Notes under the pieces: model-generated
What the model was told of the DNA's origin: nothing
What the model saw: the letters and a program-made list of their open reading frames with translations, nothing else
Database searches by the model: none
IMG/VR virus record: IMGVR_UViG_3300022916_000006
Span: 1-64,000 of that record
Reading direction: 5' to 3' (one strand)
Source of the DNA: a virus
DNA length: 64,000 bases
Program-made: the position numbers and the translations under genes
In this document: piece after piece, positions 1 through 9,826 of the stretch
How the letters are laid out: each line of letters opens with the position of its first letter
Numbering within the stretch: position 1 is the stretch's first letter

Positions 1-381
1 AAAACAATATTAGCAGAAAATGTTATCAATGAGACTCTTAATACTGATGGTGTTATAAAGAGAACATTAGTAAATCAAATATATAAACAAATTGGCCCAA
101 TAACTAAAGGCTTTTTTAGAGACAATGCATGGCAAGGAATTCATAAAGTATTTGATAAATTCTCAACATTAGGATTAGATTATAGTATAACAGATTCCTA
201 TTATGGTAATCATAAGCACGACAATACAATGCCAATGGAAAGAAAACGTTGGTTCTTTGAGATAGAGCTTACAAATAAACGAGGTAGACCTGATAAGATA
301 AAAGGTGTAATGACAGCCGCTGGTGCAGGCACACTTGATGATCCATTAGATAAATATGATATAACAGTTGTTATGTCGTAA
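1..381 (+). CDS. Hypothetical protein, 5'-truncated by the window edge (probably virion-associated)
   Basis: Frame 1 is open from base 1 (KTILAENVINETLN...YDITVVMS) to TAA at 379-381 and is followed by an AGGAG RBS for the next gene. Absent from the track because it lacks a start codon. Confidence 0.75.
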   Translation, partial: KTILAENVINETLNTDGVIKRTLVNQIYKQIGPITKGFFRDNAWQGIHKVFDKFSTLGLDYSITDSYYGNHKHDNTMPMERKRWFFEIELTNKRGRPDKIKGVMTAAGAGTLDDPLDKYDITVVMS

Positions 382-395
382 GGAGAAATTAGAAT

Positions 396-677
396 ATGAA
401 ACTAACAGAATCAAAACTAAGAGAAATTATAAAAGAAGAAATTCAAAAGTTGAAAGAAAACTCAGCATATTTGCCATTAAAATCTAATCGTTATTTTTAT
501 AATAAACGAGATGATAAAACATTAAAAATAGTATCAGTTGATGGTGATGATATAGGTGTACAATATTATGATTATAAGACAAAAAAGCCAACTGGAAAAC
601 AAGTACATTATAATAAATCTGAAGTAGATTATTGGATTAAAAAAGGTGCATGGTCAGTATACAAACAGAAATTTTAA
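396..677 (+). CDS. Small protein with MKLTESKLREIIKEEIQKL leader (putative virion internal protein)
   Basis: AGGAG RBS upstream; the N-terminal 19 aa are nearly identical to those of the next gene. Confidence 0.8.
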   Translation: MKLTESKLREIIKEEIQKLKENSAYLPLKSNRYFYNKRDDKTLKIVSVDGDDIGVQYYDYKTKKPTGKQVHYNKSEVDYWIKKGAWSVYKQKF

Positions 678-690
678 TAGGGGGTATAGT

Positions 691-978
691 ATGAAATTAA
701 CAGAATCAAAATTAAGAAAAATCATCAAAGAAGAAATTCAGAAGTTGAATGAAGCTAATAAATTTAGTGTATATGTTCAGAAATATACATCATCTAACTA
801 TGATGAGTATGATCCTGATAGGGGTAAAACGTTTCCAAAACTTGATTACAAGGAGTTTGAAACTAAACCTGAAGCAAATAAATATAAACGTCAATTATTG
901 AAAAAGTATAATATGAATAAACACTATAATAATGGAATTAATTTTAAAAAACAACTTGAATTATTCACTAATTATTAA
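691..978 (+). CDS. Small protein with MKLTESKLRKIIKEEIQKL leader (paralog of 396..677)
   Basis: Start reassigned from 646 to the ATG at 691, which follows a GGGGG RBS-like run and matches the paralog's leader. Confidence 0.8.
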   Translation: MKLTESKLRKIIKEEIQKLNEANKFSVYVQKYTSSNYDEYDPDRGKTFPKLDYKEFETKPEANKYKRQLLKKYNMNKHYNNGINFKKQLELFTNY

Positions 979-1002
979 AAAAAAAATAAATAAGAGGTCA
1001 CA

Positions 1003-1755
1003 ATGACAGAAAACACGTTTCCAACAGAATTCATAGAGTTACCAAGCCAAGGATTAGTATATCCAAAAAGTAGTCCATTAAGTACAGGTAAAATTGAATT
1101 AAAATTTCCAACAGCAAGAGAAGAAGATATATTATCAAGCAACAGTTTAATAAAAAATGGAACTGTTATTGAGAAATTTATGGATTCATTAATTGTTGAT
1201 AAGAAAATAAAAGCTACTGAATTAATTGGTGGTGATTCTGATGTAGTATTAATATCAGCTAGAGTATTGGCATATGGTCCAAAATATGAGACAGAGATCA
1301 GTATTCCAGGTGAAGGTAAGATTAAACACGTATTCAATTTAACTGAATGTGAATTTAAACCACTACCAGATGATGTAAAATATAACAATAAAAATGAATT
1401 TAAATTTACATTACCACAATCAAAATCAGTTATCACATTCAAACTATTAACATACGGTGAAAGTGAATTAGTTGAAAAAAGAATAAAGACCATCACTAAG
1501 AAAACTGGAATGAGTGTATCACCTACAGTCACAACTAGATTAAAAGAGGCTATAATTGCAATAGATGGTAATGCTGATAGATCAACTGTATATTCAGCAA
1601 TTGATAATATGTTAGCTATTGATTCATTAGAGTTAAGAAAAGAGATTCAAAGGGTTACACCAATATTAAATACAGAATATATTATAGAAGTTGGAGGTGA
1701 AGACGTTACGGTAACATTGCCAATAGCGTTGGACTTTTTTTGGCCCAACATCTAA
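1003..1755 (+). CDS. T4 gp26-like baseplate hub / tail assembly chaperone
   Basis: FPTEFIELPSQGLVYP...TAREEDIL N-terminus, FTLPQSKSVITFKLLT core and FFWP end; lies upstream of the tape measure gene. Confidence 0.7.
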   Translation: MTENTFPTEFIELPSQGLVYPKSSPLSTGKIELKFPTAREEDILSSNSLIKNGTVIEKFMDSLIVDKKIKATELIGGDSDVVLISARVLAYGPKYETEISIPGEGKIKHVFNLTECEFKPLPDDVKYNNKNEFKFTLPQSKSVITFKLLTYGESELVEKRIKTITKKTGMSVSPTVTTRLKEAIIAIDGNADRSTVYSAIDNMLAIDSLELRKEIQRVTPILNTEYIIEVGGEDVTVTLPIALDFFWPNI

Positions 1756-1930
1756 TCTGACAATAAATGCCCATAGTGAAATATTTGATCTAGTATACTA
1801 TGGGCATTTTACACAGTCAGATGCATATAATATGCCAATCAACATAAGAAGGTTTTATTTAAATCGATTGATCACATCGAAAAAAACAGAACAAGAATCT
1901 ATAGATAACTTGAATAAAAAACAGAAGTAA
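1736..1930 (+). CDS. Probable frameshift extension of the tail chaperone (G/GT-like)
   Basis: Frame 2 is open from the T7 run (1735-1741): FFGPTSNLTINAHSEIFDLVYYGHFTQSDAYNMPINIRRFYLNRLI...QK*. No ATG until 1832; frame closed upstream by TAG at 1724. Confidence 0.6.
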   Translation, partial: FFGPTSNLTINAHSEIFDLVYYGHFTQSDAYNMPINIRRFYLNRLITSKKTEQESIDNLNKKQK

Positions 1931-1946
1931 CCTATATTTATTTATA
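1931..1946 (+). promoter_or_regulatory. CCTATATTTATTTATA motif, putative phage promoter
   Basis: Intergenic. The CCTATATTTA core recurs at 8069, 11791 and 32796, and TATATTTATA recurs near 51664. Confidence 0.45.
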
Positions 1947-1984
1947 TACAAACAAATAAAGTTTATTCATAGGAGAATACGATT

Positions 1985-2227
1985 GTGAAGAAAAAGAAAT
2001 CTATATTAAATCCAAAAAACATCATCTCTGAAGGCATTTTTGATATAATAAAATCATCTAAATTGGTTAAGATTATTAAAGCGGCAACAAAAGCTGGAGC
2101 AACTGATCATGTGAAAAGTATAAATACTTCAATAGAACGATTAGAAAAATCATTAAATGTTGGAAAGAAACCAGAAGATCAAATTAAGTTGCAAAAAGTT
2201 AAATTAATAGACTTTTTTAGAAAGTAA
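1985..2227 (+). CDS. Hypothetical protein
   Basis: GTG start with AGGAG RBS; fills the gap before the tape measure gene. Confidence 0.7.
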   Translation: MKKKKSILNPKNIISEGIFDIIKSSKLVKIIKAATKAGATDHVKSINTSIERLEKSLNVGKKPEDQIKLQKVKLIDFFRK

Positions 2228-2237
2228 AATAATTTAG

Positions 2238-4154
2238 ATGCCTACCTCAGCTGAAATACAAATACAAAACGAATTATTAAAAACTCATAAATCGTTATTG
2301 AGTGATATCAATGATCAATTATCTGAAAGTGATGAGGGATTTGCTGATCGTACCCGAGCTCAAAAGATTATGTTGAGTAACTATAGATCAATATTAAATT
2401 CTTCAAAAGATGACAATGCTACCAATAAATTAGGCAATAAACAGTTTGCTGAAAGATTGCGAGTCGTTGGGTTGATATTAGATGATAATAAATCTATAAA
2501 AGATTTAAATAAGGTAATAGCCACTAAAACAAAAGATATAAATAGATTAAAGAAAATAGGTCATGATTTTATAGCAGATGAAGTTCAAAATACAGTTGAT
2601 TTATTATCTCAAGAACGAGATAGGCTGGAGAAGGGTGAAGCATTAAATGCTCTACAAAGTGAATTTGGTAGTTTAACTGGTGGTATAATGGGTAGTCTTG
2701 ATCAAATCAAATCAAAAGGTGCATTGGCATTTGCTATAGGATCAGCATTCACAATATTGAAATTATTTTCAGATACATTGGATGATATTGGTGCTAAGTT
2801 CGGTACAATTGGTGTTACAGAGTTTAGTAGAGAATTGGGATTTGCAGGAGCTAAAGCTAATAAACTTGGATTTGGGCTATCTGATGCAATGGATAGTGCT
2901 GAAGTATTATCATCAGAATTTGGTATAGCATTTGATTCAGCGATTGGTATGACTCAAGAAGTAGCTAATATCTCAAGAATATTAGGAATGTCAGTATCAG
3001 AAGGTGCAAAATTGGTTGGTGTATTGACTACAACAATGGGATTGTCAATTGAGCAATCAACATCAATGGCACAACAAGTGGAGTTATTATCAAAACAACA
3101 TAAAGTAGCACCAACAGCAGTAATGAAAGATATTGCAGAATCAGCTGAAACTATCGCTAAATTTACAAGTGCTGGTACAGATAATATTACAAAAGCGGCA
3201 ATTCAAGCTAAAAAATTAGGAACTACTTTAGATGTGACTGCTCAAATTGCAGAAGGTTTATTAGATTTTGAGTCATCGATTCAGAGTGAGATTCAAGCAT
3301 CATTATTAATTGGTAGAAGATTAAATTTTCAAAAGGCAAGAGAATTAGCATTAAATAATGACATTGCAGGAGCGATGGGTGAGGTAGTAAGTCAACTTGG
3401 TAGTGAAAGTGAATTTAATGCATTGAATGTAATTCAACGAAAAGCACTTGCAGAATCAATTGGTGTTGGAGTGGATGTATTGGCTAAGTTTGTTAGACAT
3501 CAAAAGAAATCACTTACATTGACAGAATCACTTGCGAATAAAAAAGGATTCAGTGAAATAATGGGTGAAGATGCAATATCAAATTTAACAGAATTAATAT
3601 TTCAGTTTAAAAGTTTAGGTGCAACATTGGTACAAACATTAGGACCTGCACTCAATATAATTGTTGGAGTTGTTGGTAGTCTCGTTAAATTAATTGATAA
3701 ATTTATTGGATTGGCTCCACTTGCTATAACATTAACAGGGTTATGGGCAGTTAATACTGCAAGATTAGCAATTGCACAATTATTTGCAAAAGGGGCATTA
3801 CTTGGTATTGCTGGAATAGCAGCCGCGGTAATTGGAACTAGTTTGGTGATAAAAGCTATGTCAAGTGTTCCCAAATTGGCTGATGGTGGTGTTGTAATGC
3901 CACGAGCTGGTGGAACTATTGTTAGAGTTGGTGAAGCAGGAAGTCCAGAAGCGATTGTACCATTGAATAAAGCAGGAATTGGTACAACAAGCTCAAATGA
4001 TACACTTGCATTGAAACGTGATATTTCAGCGTATAAAATGGAATTAATAGGATTGCGATCAGACTTGAAGAAATACTTTGGTACTGGTGGAAGTGCAATT
4101 AATGGTATTGGTAAATCAGTCAGTAAAAATATTGAAAATATAGCAACCGTATAA
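2238..4154 (+). CDS. Tail tape measure protein
   Basis: Ala/Gly/Leu-rich helical sequence; LDFESSIQSEIQASLLIGRRLNFQKARELAL segment, hydrophobic stretch and LADGGVV...VGEAGSPEAIVPL motif; tail-gene context. Confidence 0.85.
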   Translation: MPTSAEIQIQNELLKTHKSLLSDINDQLSESDEGFADRTRAQKIMLSNYRSILNSSKDDNATNKLGNKQFAERLRVVGLILDDNKSIKDLNKVIATKTKDINRLKKIGHDFIADEVQNTVDLLSQERDRLEKGEALNALQSEFGSLTGGIMGSLDQIKSKGALAFAIGSAFTILKLFSDTLDDIGAKFGTIGVTEFSRELGFAGAKANKLGFGLSDAMDSAEVLSSEFGIAFDSAIGMTQEVANISRILGMSVSEGAKLVGVLTTTMGLSIEQSTSMAQQVELLSKQHKVAPTAVMKDIAESAETIAKFTSAGTDNITKAAIQAKKLGTTLDVTAQIAEGLLDFESSIQSEIQASLLIGRRLNFQKARELALNNDIAGAMGEVVSQLGSESEFNALNVIQRKALAESIGVGVDVLAKFVRHQKKSLTLTESLANKKGFSEIMGEDAISNLTELIFQFKSLGATLVQTLGPALNIIVGVVGSLVKLIDKFIGLAPLAITLTGLWAVNTARLAIAQLFAKGALLGIAGIAAAVIGTSLVIKAMSSVPKLADGGVVMPRAGGTIVRVGEAGSPEAIVPLNKAGIGTTSSNDTLALKRDISAYKMELIGLRSDLKKYFGTGGSAINGIGKSVSKNIENIATV

Positions 4155-4166
4155 TGGAGAAATGAA

Positions 4167-5414
4167 TTGGGTTTAGAAAGTTTAACAAGTGCATTTTCAC
4201 GATTAAATACAGATGAACGACAAGCATTTGATTTAACAGAATTAAGTACAAATCTTGATTTAGATAGTACTGATGTCAGATTCAAAGCTGGTATTGGTTT
4301 TCCTGGTGCTAAAACAAAATTGGTAGTTTCAACAAAAGGGATAGATGCAAGTTTCTTCTATATAGATACACCAACGGGCAATATTAAAACTTATTCTAAT
4401 ATTATTGGTATAAGTGGTGCTGTGAATAACTTAGGACCAATATCAGATGTATTATCTAGTTTGGGTATAAATACACCAAATATACCATTTGGAGCATCAA
4501 TTGATGTAACTAAAGAAGCCAAGAAAATTGATGAATTTGTTAAAGATAAGAAGAATTCAATCAAGGATTTCTTTGGTGTTCAAGCTACAGCAACTATGGA
4601 TGCTAATGAATTACCAAATATAGATAAAGCCACACAAAGTGAAATACTAAATGAAGATGAATTTAAAAAGAATAAATCCATTGTAGAAAATAGTATATTA
4701 AATGATACGTACAAAAATCAAAAAGTAATTTCAGAAATTAAAGGGTTCCCACTATATTTTAAAGATTTACGAAATAATACATACATAATATTTAGAGGAT
4801 ATATTGAAGGATTGACTGATAATATTGCTCCAAGTTGGAATGCTGAAACATATCCAGGTAAAAGTTCACCAACATATATTTATGAAAATACAAGTAGAGA
4901 TATTTCATTCACATTAAAATTAATGGCACATAGTCAAAAAGAATTATCATCTATATATAAAAAATTAAATAGGTTGGTATCATTGTGTTATCCAGAATAT
5001 AAAATTGATGATGGGTTGAGTATGACAAAGAGTACACCACAAACTGAAATCATAAATACAGGAGATAGTGGATTTGATACATCAGAGATAGGCTTTGAAG
5101 CATCAGAAGATGTAACAGTAACTACTACAATATCTGATAAAATACGAATGAAGGCTCCTGTATTAAAACTTAGAATTGGTGACGTGTTTGGTACACCAGG
5201 GTCTGGATTGATTGGGCATTTAACAAATATAAATCCAACATTTCCAGATGAATCACCGTGGGAAATTGAGCTTGGCAAAAAAGTACCAAAGTTTATTGAT
5301 GTTGCAATTACATATCAAGTAATGCATAGTGAAGTACCAGGAATTGAAGTATCAGAGAGTGGTGAAACAACACAAACAAATTTCTATGGATATGTAGGAG
5401 ATAGTGATGCGTAG
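4167..5414 (+). CDS. Putative baseplate / tail-tube initiator protein
   Basis: FRGYIEGLTDNIAPSW...TSRDISFTLKL...PVLKLRIGD...PWEI pattern of contractile-tail baseplate proteins; lies between the TMP and LysM genes. Confidence 0.55.
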   Translation: MGLESLTSAFSRLNTDERQAFDLTELSTNLDLDSTDVRFKAGIGFPGAKTKLVVSTKGIDASFFYIDTPTGNIKTYSNIIGISGAVNNLGPISDVLSSLGINTPNIPFGASIDVTKEAKKIDEFVKDKKNSIKDFFGVQATATMDANELPNIDKATQSEILNEDEFKKNKSIVENSILNDTYKNQKVISEIKGFPLYFKDLRNNTYIIFRGYIEGLTDNIAPSWNAETYPGKSSPTYIYENTSRDISFTLKLMAHSQKELSSIYKKLNRLVSLCYPEYKIDDGLSMTKSTPQTEIINTGDSGFDTSEIGFEASEDVTVTTTISDKIRMKAPVLKLRIGDVFGTPGSGLIGHLTNINPTFPDESPWEIELGKKVPKFIDVAITYQVMHSEVPGIEVSESGETTQTNFYGYVGDSDA

Positions 5415-5682
5415 ATATAAAGGTACAAAAAGATCAATTGATGATGCTACTGGTAAATTGAAATATGATACTACATTATATCAAACAATTCCAGATCGAG
5501 ATGGTGATTTATTTATTATAACTCAAGATGGTGATAGATTAGATAATCTTGCATATAGATTTTATAAAGATTCTTCATTATGGTGGTATATAGCAAATGC
5601 TAATAATATACAAACTATGAATGTAGAGTCGGGTTTACAATTAAGAATACCAGTTTCATTATCCAATGCTAAAGGATTTTAA
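5404..5682 (+). CDS. LysM/tail-X domain baseplate protein
   Basis: ITQDGDRLDNLAYRFYKDSSLWWYIANAN...GLQLRIP is a LysM signature. Confidence 0.85.
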   Translation: MMRRYKGTKRSIDDATGKLKYDTTLYQTIPDRDGDLFIITQDGDRLDNLAYRFYKDSSLWWYIANANNIQTMNVESGLQLRIPVSLSNAKGF

Positions 5683-5685
5683 AAA

Positions 5686-8556
5686 ATGATTGATATTAAT
5701 AAACGTGTATTTGGAAATCAAATTCCAAATGAAGTTCGTGAAGTATTAGAAACTAGAAAACAGTTATCCAGAGGTAAAGGACCAAACGAAGAATTAGAAG
5801 TCTCAACAGATATGGTATTAAACTTTGATGGTGAAGCTGAATTATCATCACGTACACCATTTATTAGAATGTGGACTGCAATTGCGGCTACTCAAGGAAA
5901 TAGTACTGGTGGTATTATATATGAAGTTGGAAATAATATATATAATAATTTAAGATTAGATGAACAATTTGGAAATATCACAGGAAATTCAACCAGATGG
6001 GGTGCTAATATGTCTGAAATATTACCAATGGAATTTGAATTAAATAAGAATGATTTTCTACGATATCCAGCCGCTATCAAAAGTTTAACATCAGAAACAA
6101 AAGGTACATTAGGAATAACTCGTGAAACTACAATTGAATTTGTTGTACATAATATTTATGATTATAATAATATATATAGTGTGTTCTTTACAAAACCAGG
6201 TGCTCAGATATTTGTTGATTATGGTTGGGATACTGCAAAATTGTACGATACGAAGGATATAGTATCAGGTGATAGTCTAGGTATATCTAAACTGATATAC
6301 GGCGATAATGGGGCAATTTTGGGCTCCAGAGGCGACTTAAATGTAGTGTATGGTGTTGTTACAGATTTTACAGTTACACCAACTACTACTGATTCATTCG
6401 ATATAAGTTTAACAATATTATCAAAAAATACAACAATATTAAATTCTAGCTTAGTTGATGGATATGATGATGCAAAACAAACATTGATTAAATTATTAGA
6501 TATTAAAGTTATTGATTATGCGGCTCGATTTTTCATTGATCCAAATACAGGAGCACCTTATAGTTTTTTGATTGATGGGTGGATATATTTAGAAGATAAA
6601 GAAACATACATAAACAGAGCAAAAATGTTTGCATCATTAAAATTAAGTGGAGCTGAAGGAAATATAACTGAAAATGAATTATTATCTGGGGTGTATTGGC
6701 AAACAACAGATGATGGTGATCCAAATATTGATGGTGAGGATAGTGTATTTATATCATGGGGCTTATTTGAAGATTTAATATTGAATGCTGAATTTGGTGT
6801 TGGGACTGATATTAAAACTATATTGGAAGGTAAGAATTTTGAAGGTAGATTTGACTCATCACAATCATTAATTCGATATAATAGACGATTGGTAGATAAG
6901 CAAAATTATAATGAAAATAAAGAATTGTCTGCATTTTTATATCCACCTAAACATTTAGTCGTTGGTGATGATGCAAAAACATTCAATACGATTACAAATA
7001 AATCAGTTGAATATAAATATGATACTGCATCATTTATACCAATGAGAGAATTATTTGTTAAGGTATCAGTGATTAAACATGCGATTAGTACTCAAGATAC
7101 ATTACGTAAAGCACTTGCTGAAATATTTAGAATGATAAATTTGGCATCAAATGATGTGTTTTCTTTGAAATTGATGTCTGGTGATTTATCTGATTCTGTA
7201 TTATCAGTTATTGATCAAAATTCAATGTTTACTAAAGCTGAGGAATCTGATAATTTTAATGATATGTTTGTGTTTGAATTAAATTCACCAAATTCATTGG
7301 TTAAAGATTATTCATTTTCATATTCATTAGGTGGTGGTGATTTGCAGAGTATGTACGCAATACAGGGTGCTAGTGCCAATAATACATTCTTCCCAACAAA
7401 TAATATGATCGATAAGTTTTTAACAATGAAGGGTGCTTTATATCAACCAGATGAGGGTATTCAATTATATAATGTACCAACAACTGATACAATACTTACA
7501 CATAAAACTGATAGAATATTGGTTAATATGGACATGCAACATGAATATATCAATAGACGAGCATATGACGATGTTAATTTTATAAAAGAAATTGGTAATC
7601 TTGGTGAATTAACAGCTGATGAGCTTGGATTAATAATACCAGAAAAAGATAAAACACCTATACAAAATGAATCAATTTCAGCTGAAGATAAAGAAGATAT
7701 AATAAAAGATGAACGTGAATTATATGCAAAAAATGACATGATAATCAATGAAAATTTATTATTACCTACCACAATAGATTCATATTTTGAAGATAAAATA
7801 AATGAAAATTTTATATTGAATGATAAATCAACATACGTTGGTATTGAATTTTCTATGGATATATATGGAATATCATCATTATCATATGGTGATGTGTTTA
7901 GAATTGATCATTTACCAGAGCGATATAGTGACATGGTTTATTTTCAAATAACAGGTATATCAGATGATGTATCGACATCAGGTTGGACTACTAAATTAAC
8001 TACAATAATGCGTTTACGTAGTAATATTAAAAAAAATAATAAAAAACTTATGGTTTTCACGGATATCACCTATATTTATATAAGTAAAGTAGTTTTAAGC
8101 AACATTATAAAGGGTAATTCAGTTAACAATAAATTTATATATAAATTAGTACCAATTCCATCATATTTTAAAAATATAAAATATGCATTCACATTTGAAT
8201 CAGCTGAAGATGGTACGTTTGAAAATAATACTGGTAGAGATAAGGATGGCAAAGGTAACGATTTTTTAATACCATTAACTGATAACATTATAAATGCTGG
8301 TGTTGTTAATACATTTTCACAAATTAATACTGACACAATTGAAGACTCTGAAGTCTCATATGGAGTTGTAGGTGCTGATGCTGAGGTTATAACGACAACC
8401 TATCTTACAGTAAAAAATACTAATTTGAAAAAAAGTGATAAATGTTTATTGCTTGTTGGTGATAACAATATAAGCATTTGTCACAAGTTACAACCAACTG
8501 ATAATATGAAACAACTACAAACAGGATTCTCAAAAGCATTCTTAGCAACAGTATAG
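5686..8556 (+). CDS. Large baseplate hub-like structural protein
   Basis: Follows the LysM gene; C-terminal GIEFSMDIYGISSLSYGDVFRID...YFQITGISDDVSTSGWTTKL resembles hub (gpD/gp27-like) domains. Confidence 0.5.
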   Translation: MIDINKRVFGNQIPNEVREVLETRKQLSRGKGPNEELEVSTDMVLNFDGEAELSSRTPFIRMWTAIAATQGNSTGGIIYEVGNNIYNNLRLDEQFGNITGNSTRWGANMSEILPMEFELNKNDFLRYPAAIKSLTSETKGTLGITRETTIEFVVHNIYDYNNIYSVFFTKPGAQIFVDYGWDTAKLYDTKDIVSGDSLGISKLIYGDNGAILGSRGDLNVVYGVVTDFTVTPTTTDSFDISLTILSKNTTILNSSLVDGYDDAKQTLIKLLDIKVIDYAARFFIDPNTGAPYSFLIDGWIYLEDKETYINRAKMFASLKLSGAEGNITENELLSGVYWQTTDDGDPNIDGEDSVFISWGLFEDLILNAEFGVGTDIKTILEGKNFEGRFDSSQSLIRYNRRLVDKQNYNENKELSAFLYPPKHLVVGDDAKTFNTITNKSVEYKYDTASFIPMRELFVKVSVIKHAISTQDTLRKALAEIFRMINLASNDVFSLKLMSGDLSDSVLSVIDQNSMFTKAEESDNFNDMFVFELNSPNSLVKDYSFSYSLGGGDLQSMYAIQGASANNTFFPTNNMIDKFLTMKGALYQPDEGIQLYNVPTTDTILTHKTDRILVNMDMQHEYINRRAYDDVNFIKEIGNLGELTADELGLIIPEKDKTPIQNESISAEDKEDIIKDERELYAKNDMIINENLLLPTTIDSYFEDKINENFILNDKSTYVGIEFSMDIYGISSLSYGDVFRIDHLPERYSDMVYFQITGISDDVSTSGWTTKLTTIMRLRSNIKKNNKKLMVFTDITYIYISKVVLSNIIKGNSVNNKFIYKLVPIPSYFKNIKYAFTFESAEDGTFENNTGRDKDGKGNDFLIPLTDNIINAGVVNTFSQINTDTIEDSEVSYGVVGADAEVITTTYLTVKNTNLKKSDKCLLLVGDNNISICHKLQPTDNMKQLQTGFSKAFLATV

Positions 8557-8563
8557 GATATAT

Positions 8564-9826
8564 ATGTATATAGTTTTACCAATATTTTCAGACGTAAAAG
8601 AACATTATATGGATAATAGATTATCTTTATTATATGTTGAAGATTATGATACTGGACAATCTGATATATATTCCATCAATAATTGTGATAAATATGATAC
8701 ATTAGATTTTGAATTCTTGAACACTGCTGATATTATAACATTCAATAAAAAGGAATTATATAATATTATTGATATAGACAGAGATAATGTATATGATATC
8801 AATTTGTTAAATTATTTCATTGAGAATAAAAAGATGAATTTTAGTAGTGATGCAGATACAAGTTTAAATTGGTATAAGTTAAAATATAGGCATCTTAAAA
8901 ATGTAAATGATATAATACCATCAGTGAAACATAAGCAATATTTACGAGGATTGTCTACAGAGCTTAAACGAGTGTGGAATGCTAAGGATACAATACAATT
9001 TGATAGTTATGCAGATTATAATAATAAAGTACTATCAGCATTCAATTCATTAGATAGAATTAAATTATCATTATCGACACGACAGAGTTTAAATTCATTA
9101 ATAGATAAAAATCATATATATCAGAACTTTAATATATATACCAAAACAGGTAGAACGAGTAACACATTCAATTCTGTTAATTTTCTTGCTATGACAAAAG
9201 AAATGCAAAAATGCTTTGTTGCTTCAAATGATGTATTTCTATCATATGATTATGATGCATATCATGTAAGATTAATTGCCAATTTAATAAATTATAACTT
9301 CAACAATGTTGAGTCTGTTCATTCATTATTTGCTGATAATTATGGATGTTCATATGATGAAGGTAAGTCACGAACATTTAGAATTATGTATGGTGGAATA
9401 ACAGATGAAGATTTGAAGATTGAATTCTTTTTTAGAGTGAATGAATATGTCAATGAATTATGGAATAAGTATATAACAGATAGATATATAGAGACTCCAA
9501 TATATAGAAGAAGAATGTATAAGAGAAATTTAACAATCAATAACAAATATAAACTATTAAGTTATTTGGTACAAGCATATGAAACTGAACTTAATGCAAA
9601 CATTATAACCAAATTACAAGAATATTTGAAAGACAAAGAGAGTAAATTGATACTGTATAATTATGACAGTTTCACATTTGATATTTCATATAAAGATGGT
9701 ATAAATGTGATACCAGATACTAAGAATATAATAGAGAATAATATATTTAAAGCAAAGGTATATTACGGCAAATCTTTAGATAATTTAACAAACGTTACGG
9801 AGAAAGTAAATGAGAGATATAAATAA
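8564..9826 (+). CDS. Compact family A DNA polymerase-like protein
   Basis: Motif A SYDYDAYHVRLIA, motif B KSRTFRIMYG, motif C LYNYDSFTF, and TKTGRTS. Confidence 0.75.
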   Translation: MYIVLPIFSDVKEHYMDNRLSLLYVEDYDTGQSDIYSINNCDKYDTLDFEFLNTADIITFNKKELYNIIDIDRDNVYDINLLNYFIENKKMNFSSDADTSLNWYKLKYRHLKNVNDIIPSVKHKQYLRGLSTELKRVWNAKDTIQFDSYADYNNKVLSAFNSLDRIKLSLSTRQSLNSLIDKNHIYQNFNIYTKTGRTSNTFNSVNFLAMTKEMQKCFVASNDVFLSYDYDAYHVRLIANLINYNFNNVESVHSLFADNYGCSYDEGKSRTFRIMYGGITDEDLKIEFFFRVNEYVNELWNKYITDRYIETPIYRRRMYKRNLTINNKYKLLSYLVQAYETELNANIITKLQEYLKDKESKLILYNYDSFTFDISYKDGINVIPDTKNIIENNIFKAKVYYGKSLDNLTNVTEKVNERYK

